A DNA stretch of 64,000 nucleotides from the human T2T-CHM13v2.0 reference genome, Homo sapiens. The DNA lies in NCBI RefSeq assembly GCF_009914755.1, contig NC_060930.1. The stretch is one strand, 5' to 3'. The translations under genes were made by a program, and so were the position numbers. Of the stretch, positions 42,722-57,864 are shown piece after piece (within the stretch, counting starts at the first letter, position 1; every line of letters starts with the position of its first letter). The notes beneath the pieces are model-generated. The model searched no databases. It saw only the letters and a list, made by a program, of their open reading frames with translations, and was not told where the DNA came from.

Positions 42722-43075
42722 TGATATGGTTTGGCTGTTTCCCCACCGAAATATCAACTTGAATTGCATATCCCAGAATTCCCACGTGTTGTGGGAGGGA
42801 CCCAGGGGGAGGTAATTGAATCATGGGGGCCAGTCTTTCTCATACTATTCTTGTGATAGTGAATAAGTCTCATGAGATCTGATGGGTTGATCAGGGATTT
42901 CTGCTTTTGCTTCTTCCTCATTTTCTCTTGCCACTGCCATACAAGAAGTTCCTTTTACCTCCCGCCATGATTCTGAGGCCTCCCCAGACATGTGGGACTG
43001 TAAGTCCAATTAAACCTCTTTTTTTTCCCAGTCTTGGGCATGTCTTTATCAGCAGTGTGAAAACGGACTAATACA
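42722..43075 (+). mobile_element. THE1 (THE1A-like) MaLR solo LTR
   Basis: TGATATGGTTTGGCTG...GAGGTAATTGAATCATGGGG...ATTAAACCTCTT...GTGTGAAAACGGACTAATACA. Confidence 0.92.
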
Positions 43076-46000
43076 AACCTAGACCATTTAAATTTACTCT
43101 GTTACTTTTTAGCTTCTAAAATCTATTGCAGTATGGCCAGAATACTTTTTAAGGTAAATTCTTTATTGCTAAGTTAGCAAATGGGGACCTTATGCTCACA
43201 GTCACTCTGAGAGGAATTTGGCCTTCCTGCTTCTCTGTTCAAAACTCCAACAGCTCAAAAGATGTGCTAGGATGGAAAGCACAATAAAAAATACCCACTT
43301 AAAGCCATTTCAAATACGGTTGATGTGCTGCCAAGAGTGAATCTGAATGGCAGATTCACTAAGAACAAAGCATTTGTTTTACTTTTAGAATTCTATTAAA
43401 TTGAGCGTTTCATTTGTATAGCTTTAAGGGCTAGATGCTGATGGAAATCACATTATGAGCTCCATTTTCTTCCTCCTAACCCAGACACAAATTGTCTGGC
43501 CCTACCCTCTTCCTTTCATTTGGTGAGGCACTTTCTGGTATCACATATGTCCTCAAAGTTACATGCATGCTCAGTAGAATCATGTATTTAATGCTTCCTC
43601 ATGGAGTGGAACAAAATAAAATACTCAGCTGCACAGAACTTAGACTCTTAAATCAGTGTGGTAAAAAATTTGACTTCTCTGATTTTTCTAAATGAAGGAC
43701 AGCACTGCTCTCCTTCTAAAGTTTTCTTGAAAAGTGCCACACAAACCCTGTTTGGGGCTCCGTAAGGTAACTTTCTCAAGGGCAGTTCATGCTGTTCTCT
43801 CAGACATGATTGGCATATGGAAAGGAACTGTGGCACATGCCATTTGACATATCCTTCAAAAGGCTACTGAGGAAAAGTTACATTTTTTTCTCCCTTCAAT
43901 GATTTGTAGAGAGCTCCACACATCTTCAGGTGCCTCAGCTCTGAAAGCAGTCTGAAATGGGAAATTTGCAATCACTAGGAATTGCAGCTTGTCAATCTCA
44001 CCCATATTTGCACAGACCAAAGTAATCCTCTTATTCCATTATGGGCAGTCAGAAATCATTCAATTTGCAGAATTAACCATCTGAGTCTACTTTAAACTTT
44101 ATAATAGTCATGTACATATTTGAAATAACTCAAATTCCAATAGAGAAAATGGGGCCATTTTTGTATCATTGGGCTTCCTCATCCTTCCCTTAAGCAATGC
44201 ACCGTGACCACTCATGAGGCAAATGCCAACATGCCGCATGGGAAGCTCAGCGTGACACCCTTGGAAAGCCAATAGAAGGTGTCTTCACCACAAAAAGGCA
44301 TTGTCAGTTCTAGAGAAATGCATTAACATTATTTCTATCATTTCAACTGGGAGAATGGCCTCCATAATACCAATAGCCAAACTAATTTACAAAGAAATGT
44401 GGAACTATTTACAATTTCAAGTGAGTTTGAATGAGTGTACAGAGAAAGCAATCAACAGTATTTTATCAGTTCTTGTTGATTCAAGATTATTTGCAAGAAC
44501 TTTTCTCTTCCACCCCACCATATTCCACTTTCATTTTAGATTACTTTATTTTTGCTTCTGTCATGTCAATTTGGAGTCTGCTGGCCAATCTGGAGTTCTT
44601 TGTTGGCTTTATGTCATGTGGCAATTCTTAAAAGAGGTTGCCAGATTTCCCGATTGAGCTATTTTTTTAAACAGCTGAAGGTGATCAAATTACCAAGGAA
44701 ACGTGGAAACAAAGACATACAATTGATTTGGCTCCAAAGGCGCTGATTGAAATAAGCAGAGGATTGCATTAAACCGTGATCGGATTAGGTGGGAATGACT
44801 GCGCCTTACAGTAAACTTTTTAATTGGATTCTAGAGTCACTGTTACACGAAGTGTATGACCTTCTTTATATTCTGGCAGAGTTACCGCCTGGCCACTGGG
44901 TAAACCTCCGCAGCAGAGAGACCTACTTTATGTTTCATTTTCAAGCTCCTATGGAGCCCAGCAGAGAGAGCTGACAAGGAGGAATACTGCGAGGGGCTCA
45001 CAGACTAAGACAATCTGCTGGGAAATTAGGGTAAGGCACCCTTGGAAATGTAATAGTCTCATACTAATAAGTGGATTTATGTTTGCTCCTTGTAGTTTTC
45101 TCCATTTGATCTGGTGATTTTAATAGTTTTCCCAAAGTCTTTGGTTTTACATAAACATACATTGCCTCTGCCTAGAAACCATCTTTCTTCTCCACTTTGA
45201 AGGTTTCATCCAACATGCTATGGAGTGGATGGCACCACAAGGGTAAGGAATGGTTCAGACACAAAGTTTGCTATCACATTGTAATTTCAAGAAGGAAAGA
45301 CATGAGTGTAATCAACAGGCAAACAATAACAGCCAAAAAGTAAGGCAAAAAAATTGTGAAATGTTGATATGTGGCAAAGTCAGTCAGCCTCATAACAGAG
45401 ATTGTGTAATACCTTCACACCAACCCATGAAACAAGTGGAAATATAGCTAAATCCAGACCTGCCATCACACTACATCTAAATTTGTTTCCTCACCCCTCC
45501 AGGCCACAGTGATTTCTCCCAGCTCCTTCCTCTGAGTTCCTATACCATTCACTGCCTCAACCACTCATCTAGCATTTCTAATGTTCTGTCTTACAGTGTG
45601 GTGGCTTCATATCTTGATAGCCTCTTTCTAAATTCCTTCTCTTATAACAGCCTTTATTTACTGTCTAGACAGTATCTCACATAGAACAGATGCTCACTTG
45701 CAAGAGATTAACAAAATAATTATCTTTTAATAAATTTTGCTTATCTCAAATCCAAATGAATAAAAGTTCAAATACTGGTAAATATATTTATATAAATGAG
45801 AAAGAGATACCTACTAAGTAAGTGAGTTTATGTGAGAGATTCTTAAATTCTCAGATTATAATTAATAATGATCATTCTGAAGTTCTGTGAGGTCTTAAAT
45901 TTAAAAAAAGCAAATCATGTTTTCCTGTTATGCACATTAATAAAAGGTACTTATTTTTATGAAATTATAATTCAGGCTCAGCATATGTGCTACTTAGCCA

Positions 46001-46417
46001 AACTGGAATTTTAAATTAATTTCATCCTCAACCATTTATTTGGACTATTACAGTTGTATTGAAGGAGTTAGAAAGATAGTGTTTTAGATGCCCAGAGAAA
46101 TAACTTCTGCAAATCAATAATAAATACAATATATCTACAATAGAAAAATAAGAAAAAGATATGAACAATGCACAAATTGCTGAGAAACATTTTTTAAAGG
46201 TTTAACCTCATGAGTAAAATGAATTAAAGCAGCTATATGAATTAAAGCAGCTAACGGGTGCCTTTTTTGCTTTCAAATTAGCAAAAAATTTTAAATGACA
46301 ATAAATCCAAATGAAGATAAGGTGAAATGAATGGACATGCTTATATACTACTAGTAAGACAGTAAACTGGTAGTGTTTATCAAGAGTTTTAAGAATGTTC
46401 ATACCTTAAATTCAGCA

Positions 46418-46780
46418 CACTAGTCCCCGCCTTATCCGAGGGAGTACATTCTAAGACCCCTAGTGGGTGCCTGAAATCATGGATAGTGCCAAACCCTATG
46501 CCTACATTATAGGAAATGTATGTATAGGAAAACACACACACTTTATTATATACCTATAATAAAGTTTAATTTTAAAATAGGGTATAATAAGAGATTAACA
46601 ATAAAAATTGGTAATAAAATAGAACAATTATAACTACATGCTGTAATTGCATGTAAACATGCTCTTTTTCCCTCTTTCTTAAAATATCTGATTGTATTGC
46701 ACTCACTTATTGTTGGACTACAGTTGACCTCATATTACTGAAACCACAGAAAGCAAAACTGTGGATAAGGGGGGACTATA
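46418..46780 (+). mobile_element. MER44A-like TcMar-Tigger element
   Basis: Terminal inverted repeats TAGTCCCCGCCTTATCC ... GGATAAGGGGGGACTA. Confidence 0.8.
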
Positions 46781-46820
46781 GTAATTCCACCTCTGGGAAT
46801 ATATCTTATAAAAATAATTA

Positions 46821-47143
<323 letters not shown>

Positions 47144-49638
47144 CACACTATATACAAGGGTGTTTATCACAGCATAATCTCTTCAGTTTAATTATAAATA
47201 ATCAAATAAGAAGAACCAACAATAATAGAATTACTAAATTATGATATATCCATGTGATAAAATATTATGCAGTTATTAAATATTTTGACCCTAATGACAT
47301 AAAATATACCACAATAAAGTAAAAAATTATCTCTCTTTGACATGTACTGTATATGCATATTGAGAGATAATAAACTAAAACATTTAGTTAGTATTTGAAA
47401 ATGCATTAAAGATGTCTTTCATCTTCTCTTTAAACATCTCTGCATTACCTTAATTTTTTCTCTAGTATGTGTGACTTTTATAATCAGCAAAATATTTCTT
47501 TGTAAAAAAACACTAATTGAGGGAAATTTCATGTACTTTCATTTCATATTAAAACTTTCTTTACATTTCCAGAATTTCTTCTTTCTGTATATTAAATTAC
47601 AAAAGAGAAAGCACTAGCAAATTTCTTTTCTCAAGGTTCAGCTCCTCAGGTATACCAGCTGTAATTTTAAAATATCCACATGCTGTCTCAGTGCCTGCAT
47701 GTTTCACTCACTTTCTGATCTGTTTACCACCGTTCCTACCTTATAGAATGATCTGTCTCTGAAGCCTTTCATGTGAGCTATATGACTTTCTGTTTCCTTC
47801 TTAGGAGAATATAATTTAAATTATTACCATAATTGAAAAAAAAAGAAAGTCTTGTCATGTAGTTTCTTAAAACAATTTAGTGTCATGTGGCTTATAAATG
47901 GTACATTTGTCATTGTTCAAATGAAGTAAACCCTAATGTGGGGGCCACATTTCTTGTTCTGAGGGACTTTATTATGCTCAGAAATTCATTCCATATTTAG
48001 CTACTAAAGTTTAAACATATTTGTGACTCCTTCAGGTTGAAGTTGTACATTCGACAGATCTGATATTCTTTCTGTTTCTTATTTTCTTGGAGGCTGGAGG
48101 AGGGTGTTGGTCTTTAATAGTTAGATCTGAATAAACACAAAATATGCTGCTCTTTCAAATGAGGCATATATTTAAAATTGTCAGTCTCTTCTTCCACAAT
48201 CTAAACCCCTAATTGTAGCCCACTTCTAGAAAAGAATCAAATATAAAGAAAAAGTAATATTAATATCATATTAATATCAATCACATTTATATTAATTCTT
48301 TTATTTTCAAAAATAGGAAATAAAATACACATATGTTATTCTGGCTGCCTCTTTTCCATTATTTCCCACCTCCCCACCCTCTGTGTCCATCCCCCTCACC
48401 AGACCCTTCACTGTCATTTATTAAGCTAATGTTTTTCAAGTGTATGTTCCCTTTAAAAGTCTTCCAATACCTAAGAAAGATAAGTAATGGAGGATCCCAT
48501 TACTGAACACCTTATATTTGGTTGAGGTTCTGTTATCACAGAAACAGCTTTCCTATCTAGTTCTTAGCAAAACTGATTCCTAAACCCTAAAAGTATCCTC
48601 TGGTGGAGGGGTGAAGGGAGCATACCTCCTGTTTTCAGCTCCACACAAACTCCAGGAACAAAAAAAATACCTGTAATAATAAAATAATTTTCCACAACAC
48701 TGGGAAATTTAGACCCCATACCCAAGGCCACAGAGTCCCCAAATTCCCCACAGGATCTCACGTGGGGAGACCCCATAAGGCCAAACCTCACAGCACGGTT
48801 GGAAGCTCTGCCCTTTTCTGTACAACACAAAGACACTGGCATTTCTGTAGATTATAGAAAAATAGAGCCTCAGATTCTGAACTCCCCAGGAAATGACACC
48901 GCAAAAAATGATGGCATGATGCAATGTTTTCAAATGCACAAATCTTCATTTGTTTAACTTAAATATTTTAAAATATGTCCTATAACATTTATTCTTGATT
49001 AAACCTCTTCTAGATAGTTAATCATTAATGGTTTCTTTACAGTTGCTGTGCAAACAGTTCATTCATACCTATGACTTATCAAATCTCATAGACATGTTCT
49101 TTAATTGGATTCATTTATTTCTAATCTCCTTAAAGCCCTTACTACTGTAATGCTTGGCTAAATATACATTAAACTCTATTATTTAAATGACTAAAATAAA
49201 TTTGAGATTTATTTTATGAATAAAAATTCACAATTCAACAAATGTCCTACCATTATTAGTAGTATTATTCTGTGCTTCAGTATTCAGACATTATTTTAAA
49301 TTGCCTGGTAGATAAGTTGTGTTTAAACAAAATAAGTTCTGAGTATTTGCTAGAGATTTTGGATTGCCCACTAAAACACCAAAATTTTCATTGTCTCTAT
49401 CCTTGAAGTCAGAGAACTTGTATAATACTACACAGAATACGTAGTTAACAACAGAGCCCGTTACCAAAGACAGAATAGGCAGCAGCAGCAGGTTTTTATG
49501 ATTTATAGGGCTTGAGAAAGTTCCCTGGCCATGATGAAGATGTCTCAATAGTGGTCCAATAGCTGATGCTTAAAATGCGTTTATTCATATTTTAATCTAT
49601 TTGTCTTAAGCCGATGGCCCAGAAAGAGATAATAGTAG

Positions 49639-49915
<277 letters not shown>

Positions 49916-49987
49916 AGAGAGAGATAATAGTGTATGCCTCATGTGTTATCATTTATTGATTCAGTTTATCAGCTACTTTCCTGAAAG

Positions 49988-50172
49988 CAGTAGTTCTAAA
50001 ACTTCAGCACGCCTCGGAAGCACCTGAAGAGTGTTAACACACAGCTTGCTGGGCTGTTTCCCTTAGAGTTTCTCATTTGTAGGTCTGGGGTTGAGCCCAA
50101 CGATTTGCATTCTTAACAAGCTACTGGGTGGTGCTGATGCTACAATCAGGGGCCATACTTTGAGAGCTAAAC
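49988..50172. mobile_element. MER5A-like hAT-Charlie element
   Basis: CAGTAGTTCTAAAACTT...GTAGGTCTGGGGT...ATTTGCATTCTTAACAAG...CCATACTTTGAGA. Confidence 0.75.
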
Positions 50173-50329
50173 CAGTTGTTATCTGAGTGGTTGTTGTTGT
50201 TGTTTAAATGAAAGGAATCAGATGAAAGGGGACCACAGAGAAGATAAGAAACCACTGAAAAGGGAGGGTTCCAAGGACAAAATTCAAGCTTCACACTTTC
50301 CCCAAGGCGTACCTCACTGCATATCTTCC

Positions 50330-51494
50330 ACTGAAGTACTCCCACCCCTACTTCCAACTGCTTACTTCCTCCTAACCTCCTTTTGAGTGCCTCTTACTTC
50401 TGCAGACCCCAAAACATTGCATAGCTGCAGGGTTTAGTCTTCAGGATGCTTCTTTTCTATTAACACATACTCTCTGGGGATCTCATCCACTCTGCTGACT
50501 TTAAATTCCATACACTGTTTACCCCCAGTATCTAGGCCAGTCCTCCCAACTCCACAGCACCCCAGATTCAACTGCTTACATGACATTTCCACTCTGACGA
50601 ATGACGGGCATCTTGAAGCTAAACATGTTGTCCACACACAACCCTCATTGCTGCCTCTGCCTGCTAAACTGTTCCTTCCCACCATTTACCCAAGTTGCTC
50701 AGGCTAAAAAATCTAGGTGTTGTTCTTGACTCCTTTCATCTTCTCACATCCCATATCCAATCTATCTGCAAATCCCATTGGGCCTACCTTCAAAACATAT
50801 GCCAAATCTGACCCCTCACCACTACCCCATCTTTCAAGTCATCACCTTCCCTCACCGAGGCAATTACAATCATTTCTCAATGGTATTCTCCATCTCCACC
50901 ATCCATACTCTCCAAACCAGTCAGAATGATCTTTTCTTATACAATCAGATCATGTCATGCCCGTGTGCAGAATTCTCCAATGGCTTCCCAAAACCTTCAA
51001 GATCCAAGGCGATCTGGCCCTGCCTATTCTTCTAGCATCATCTCCTTCCATTCTTCCCCCTCCCTTACTCAGTGGCCACCACAGTGACCTTCTCTGTTCC
51101 TCAACATGCCAAGCAGGTTTCCACCTCAGGGCCTTTGCATTCACTTCCCTCCATCGGGAATACTCTCCCTGTAGGACTCCACATGGCTGGCTCCCTTCCT
51201 TCATTTATGAATCTTTAGAGAAACCTTTCTGACCATCCCTACCTCTTTGTCCTGCTTAATTTTTCTCCTATCACTTTCTGATATTATATGACTTTTTTAT
51301 TTCTTTATAAGTACTTTATAAGTATATTAAAATTTATACTCAAATTAGCCAGGTGTGGTGGCACATGCATGCCATCCCAGCTACTCCGGAGGCTGAGGCT
51401 GTGGGAGGATCTTTTGAGCCTGGGAGGTCGAGGTGCGGTGAACCATGATCTTGCCACTGCACTGCAGCCTGGGCAACAGATTAAGACCCACCCC

Positions 51495-51526
<32 letters not shown>

Positions 51527-51675
51527 TATAATGTATATTTTTTACATATACATATATATTTAAAAACTTACATTTCATGAGGGTAGGGACTTTGTCTCTT
51601 TCAGCCACACTGTAGCCCTACCAGGGCCTGGCACACAGTAGGCACTAGGGAAATATTTGCTGAGTGAATGCATGA
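50330..51675 (+). mobile_element. L2 (L2a-like) 3' region, interrupted by an Alu right-arm monomer (~51341-51490) and (CA)n
   Basis: C/T-rich L2 body (CACCTCAGGGCCTTTGCA) and tail GCCTGGCACACAGTAGGCAC...AAATATTTGCTGAGTGAATG. Confidence 0.8.
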
Positions 51676-54409
51676 ACCATCCCCAGCTTGTCATAGAGAT
51701 GACTACACTCTAAAACATTTCTTACCGTTACCTTAATTACAACAACAGAGATTAAGCTGATTCTAATGATAGAAATTTGTTTGTAATGAAGGTCCTATTG
51801 AGTCAACCAAGAAGAGACACAAATAGAAAAGAGATTATTCTGTAAAGTGCCATGTAACGTCTGTAAATATTTTCTTCCTGGTTTTCAATTAGCCTTCACA
51901 ATAAAATGCTATCCTGCACGTTGCTATTTCTTTAACTGCTCTAATTGGAGGAATGAAATTGACACCCACTCTGCCCTCCCCTTTGTGGGCTTCATTCTTC
52001 TAGCATTCCTGAGCTGTAACCCTGCAAGGGTCCATTACCCAAATCCAACACAACAAATACTTCACTACGCCAGGACTGTGGTAAGATTTCAACAGTGAAT
52101 ATAAATGCTGTGCCTTCCAACACTATTAGTCTCTTAACGGCCTATCAAAATTAAAATGAAAAACTCTGTGTTGCATTTGGCTTGATCTGATAACAAGCAG
52201 CTCTTTGCCTGTCGCTTGTTTGGACACCAATATCAATTAATGGGAGGTACTGAAACAAGTGAAGCTCCTGGTTCAGTCACAAGAACACGTTATAGTCATT
52301 ACAAGCACGAGAGTAAAATGAATGGCTGAAGAGCAGCCGCAAACCTGTAAGAATGCTCAGAACCAGGGATTCTACCTTTGTTAACGGTTTTCAGTAGGAA
52401 GAGGTGAGAGACAGCACATTCTAAGATCGCATTTTACCAGAGAATGTTGCTATTCTTGGAGAGATGTAAAAAGTGGCAAGGGACTTGGGTTTAAAAGCAC
52501 AAACACAGAGAGAATCCCACCTTAATGGGTACCATTATGATATCCAGTTCAATATAATGAGGCTATTTCTACAATCTACCCATCAGCCCATATTAGCACG
52601 CTTTACTGATGCGGATACAACAAATTCTGTTTGAACAAGAAATCCCTGGAGCGGGGGTGGGGGAAGGATCCATTCACAGGCCCTATCCATTTAGCAATCA
52701 ATCAAAGAAAAAATATTCTTCTAGTAAAGACAGCAGCTCCCATTTGAATCCTCGTAAAATATTAAATGTTCTAAATAAAATAATTTTCTGTGGGTGACAC
52801 GTTGATTGTTGTTTTGTGAAAACATCATGACTGTTGATGCTAAAATTAGTGAAGAAGAGATGGGCTCAGGATATCGACTGGCAATTGAGCAGGTCCCAAG
52901 TATACCCAAACTCTGAAGAAACTGAGTCACTTTGTGGAGACCCCATATTAAAAAAGAGAGTAAACTGTCCATAGACCATGCAAAATATTGGCAAAATGTC
53001 ATAAATGACTATGTAAGTATTAGGTGGAATCATATGAAATTGCCAATATTGAACTGTTTTAATGTATAGAAGTGACAATTTCATATGGTTCACCCTAAAA
53101 CAGCATTATCCACTTAAAGAAAGCATGCCAAAGAGGAAAGCAGGTGGATGCTGGAGTCCAGACCCTGGGTTGGTATGCTCGCTGGACCACTCACTAGCTA
53201 TGTTGTATTGGCTGAGTCACTTAGCTTCTCTGGCCTCTCACACAAAGCAGCCGCCCTTCAGATGTGAGTCTGTCTTACTCCTCAGCCTTCCTAAGCATGC
53301 AATGAACAAAACAATGTGCCACGCCTCTTTCAGCTTAGAGCTAACAACCACCTCCCAGTCTCTCCCAGACAGAGGAACAATACCTGAGAATTACCTCTTA
53401 TAAAAGAAAAAAGAAGCAAAAAAAATTATAAACATCCAAAATAATTGACAACATATTTCAAAATGTAATACATCTGCAAAGACTATTTTGAATCTAGAAT
53501 TCTTTAATTTAAAAATTCACTGAGATTCATAATCCTATCAGAACTCAAACCCCAAAATTTTGAAAAATCCCATCTGCAGCAGGACAAAACATCATTCCAA
53601 CAGGACAAAAATCAACACAACTGCTCCCTCTCCCTGAGGCAATGAGATAAACAGGGCCCACCCTGGGTAACGTCCTTGAGAGAGTTAAAGTTGAACTCCT
53701 TAATCTGTAGCCAGTTACCTTGCTGCCAGTCATGAACTCCCTTACCATACACATCACACACACACACACAGACACACACACACCCCTCCCAAGGTGCCCA
53801 ACTCCTCCCACTGTCTCTCCTCCCTACCTACTATCTAGCCAGAAAGCAGTCTAACCACACCTGTGAGCTCATTTTTCAGGAGTGACCCAAACAGTGCCAA
53901 GGTGCTTTAGGCCCTCTTCCTTCTAATTGTGAGTGGACGTACTTTCCTCCATAAAGGCATCTCAGTTACCAGCAAGCCCACAGGGAAATCAGGCTAGGAT
54001 ACAGCTTGGACATATGCTTATTTCTTTTCCCTACAGACACTGTCTTACTCATTTTGATGTCCTCTGAACTGTGCACAGTGCTTGGCACATAATAGGTGTT
54101 CAATAAGCCTTTTATGAATGCTTAAAGGCCACTAGTCCTAACCAATTGAAGGAGGATCTTTCCAGATGCATCAAGATAATTGCTGATTTCTTGTTCTTGG
54201 GCCACCATCTGCTTCCTAAGACTCATGCTTTCCCTCCATTGGTCCAAAGACTCACACACATTTATTTTGTGTTCATTGGCAAGACAAAAATTATTTTATT
54301 CAATTTCACTAAAATAACCACTGTAATAATTCACATGTACTCAGTGTTACTTTGTGTTGGGCACAGGGCCACCAACCTTACACATGATCTCATTAAATGT
54401 TCCAATTGA

Positions 54410-54795
<386 letters not shown>

Positions 54796-55423
54796 CATTT
54801 TACAGATTTTTTAAAAATAGAGAGATAGTGTAGTTAAGCAATTTGTCCATAGTCACTGGGCTAATGAGTGGCAGTGCTAGGGAACGGACAATAGACTCTA
54901 CATTCTAGAGCCCAACTTCTTAACTAATATGCCATGTCACAGGATAAAATATTATGATACCTCATTTGATAACATATTTTTCAAATACCTTGTAATGCAT
55001 TCCTATGTTTTTCAGAGTTTGAAACATCCAACTAAGAAGCCTAAGGTTTAGACTGCATCATATTCTAATAACAACAGGATTATAATATCAAATGAGACTC
55101 TCTGACCCTGCAAATCTGGAACCAGCTGTATAGGGACTTTGAACCTCCCTTTTCTCCAATCTGCTGGTGTTTGTCATCCTAATATATACCTCATATTTTC
55201 TTTCTGAAAATAATTTTTAAAATATACCCATCATACATACGGCAGCACAGTGTATTCGTTTCAATAAGATTTACATTCAGAATATTGATATCCAAAAAAA
55301 AAAATTTTAAATGGTGTTGTATGTCTAGATGCTAAAAAGAAAAAAAAACATATTTATTACTAAAGCTGGGTGAACTTGTTAATTATATATCAGTACCAAT
55401 TTGGGAAAGGCAAGAGACTGTGC

Positions 55424-55650
55424 CTCCCTGGCACGAAGAAGGTGCTCCATAAATGCTGACGTTTCTCCCTCTGCATGGAAATCTCTGCTTCCTTTAGAGT
55501 ATCAATGACAACAGTGAAAAATAGAGTGAGCCTGACCAAACTGCAGAAATCACCACATACAAAGAGCACAAAGCTTGGAGGTTTGTGTGTTGTGGGACTG
55601 GGGAATGGAGAGAAAATAAACACCTAAATGTGTGGGTTTGAGGATATAGA
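55424..55650 (+). repeat. Copy 1 of a ~225-bp local duplication (copy 2 at 57569-57794)
   Basis: Manual alignment, roughly 85% identity. Confidence 0.9.
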
Positions 55651-55687
55651 GAAAATAGTTTCCAGTCCTGATGAAACATGCTCAGTT

Positions 55688-56878
55688 CTGGATCCCCGTC
55701 TCTCACCTTGTACAAAAATCAACTCAAGAAGGATCAAAGACTTAAATCTAAGACATGAAATTATAAATTCTAGAAGATAACATTGGAAAAACTCCTCTGA
55801 ACATGGATTTAGGCAAAGAATTCATGGCTATGACCCCAAAAGCAAATGCAACAAAAATGAAAATAAATAAATGGGACCTGATTAAAAAAAAGCTTCTGCG
55901 TTGCAAAAGAAACAATCAGCAGAATAAACACACAACACACAGATTGGAAGAAAATATTTGCAAACTGTGCATCTGACAAAGAACGAGTATTCAAAATCTA
56001 CAAGGATCTCCAACAAATCAACAAGAAAATACAAATAATACCATCAAAAAGTAGGCAAAGGACATAAATAGACATTTCTCAAAAGAAGATATACAAACAG
56101 CCAACAAACGTATGAAGAAATGCTCAACATTACTAATCATCAGGGGAATGCAAACTAAAACCCCAGTGAGGTACCACCTTACACCTGCAAGGATGGCCAT
56201 AATTTAAAAATCAAAAAGCAATAGATATTGGTGTAAGTGTGGTAAAAAGGGAACACTTTCACACTACTGATAGAAGTGTAAATTAGTACAATCACTATAG
56301 AAAACAGTATGGGCATTCCTTAAGGAACTAACAGTAGAACTACCATTTGATCCAGCAATCCCACTACTGGGTATCTACCCAAAGGAAAATAAGTCATTAT
56401 ATGAAAAAGACACATGCACATGCATGTTTATAGCAGCCCAATTTGCAATTGCAAAGATATGGACCAATCTAAGTGCCCATCAACCAATGAGTGGATAAAG
56501 AAAATGTGGTATATATATACTGTGGAATATCACTCAGTCATAAAGAGGAACAAAATAATGTCTTTTGCAGCAACTTGGTTGGAACTGGAGGCCACTGTTC
56601 TAAGTGAAGTAACTCAGGAATGGAAAACCAAATATCATATGTTCTCAGTTATAGGTAAGAGCTAAGCTATGAAGACCCAAAGGCATAAGAATGGTATAAT
56701 GGACTTTGGGGCTTCCAGGGGAAAGGTTGTGTGGGGTGAGGAATAAGACTGCATATTGGCTACAGTGTACCCTGCTTGGGTGATAGGTGCACTAAAATTT
56801 CATAAATCACCACTAAGGAATTTATCCATGTAACCAAAAACCGTCTGTACCCCCAAAACTATTGAAATTTAAAAAAAA
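55688..56878 (+). mobile_element. 5'-truncated L1PB-like LINE
   Basis: ORF2 3' end plus an L1PB-type 3' UTR (AAATCACCACTAAGGAATTTATCCATGTAACCAAAAACC); perfect 15-bp TSD GAAACATGCTCAGTT at 55673-55687 and 56879-56893. Confidence 0.93.
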
Positions 56879-57568
56879 GAAACATGCTCAGTTTCAAGAA
56901 TGAAGTTCAAGGTGAAGAATGTAAAGAAAGAGAGAAAACCTAGCTTAAACAAGAGCAGTGAGACCATCACTGTTTGAACCTAATTTGAAGAGTGATACTA
57001 ACAGTGTTACAAGGAGTGCTTACTGGGAAAAGAACAACATGACAAATGTATATAGGTCATTGACCCATCTCAAAACACTCTACTTCTGCTTCCAACCCTT
57101 AAAATTCCATCCTTTCCCTGATAGCTCTACTGTCACTTTGAGCTCCTTTGTATTCTGTGTCCTTAGCAAATGGTGCAAGTATACTATAACATTGCAAACT
57201 GAGCTAATCTGAACTTCTCAAAGATTTCGATGGAACTCTTCTATTTCACCAACTAAATTGTCAACTGCTTGATAAATGCTAAGATTCCTACTTCATGTAA
57301 TCATGCAATTAATCATTGCAATCTGCTATACTCTGTGAAACACTGGTATACAGCCACACTCAGTCCATGTAGAACAATGAGGAATATACAAAAGGCTCCA
57401 CTGAACACCATCAGAAATGTCAATGTTTGGTGTTTTATGCACATTAAATTATAACTATTGGTAAAGTTGACAAAACACTGATTCCAACTAAATTACCCTA
57501 GATATTTGGTTAGTTTCTTATGATCTCTTTTTCCCCAAGAAACTAACCTATGTAAAACACCTTCCACA

Positions 57569-57794
57569 CTCTCTAGCACAAAGAAAGTGCTCAATAAATG
57601 CTGTGTTTTCTCCCTCTACATAGAAATCTCTACTCCCCTTAGAGCATCAAGACTACAGTGAAAAACAGGGTGAGCCTAACCAAACTGCAGAAATCACCAC
57701 ACACAAAGAGCACAAAACTTGGAGGTTTGTGTGTTAAGGGATAGGGGAGGGAAGAGAAAATAAACACCTAAATTTATGGATTTGAGGATACAGA
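57569..57794 (+). repeat. Copy 2 of the ~225-bp local duplication
   Basis: Shares CCAAACTGCAGAAATCACCACAYACAAAGAGCACAAARCTTGGAGGTTTGTGTGTT with copy 1. Confidence 0.9.
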
Positions 57795-57864
57795 AAGTCA
57801 AGTTAAGGAGAAAACAATGAATTCTCTTTCAAAGTATTTTAGTTGACATTACATAATTGGCAAG

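Noticed and set aside
46218-46253. ATGAATTAAAGCAGCT repeated twice
   Set aside because: An ordinary short slippage duplication inside a decayed L1.
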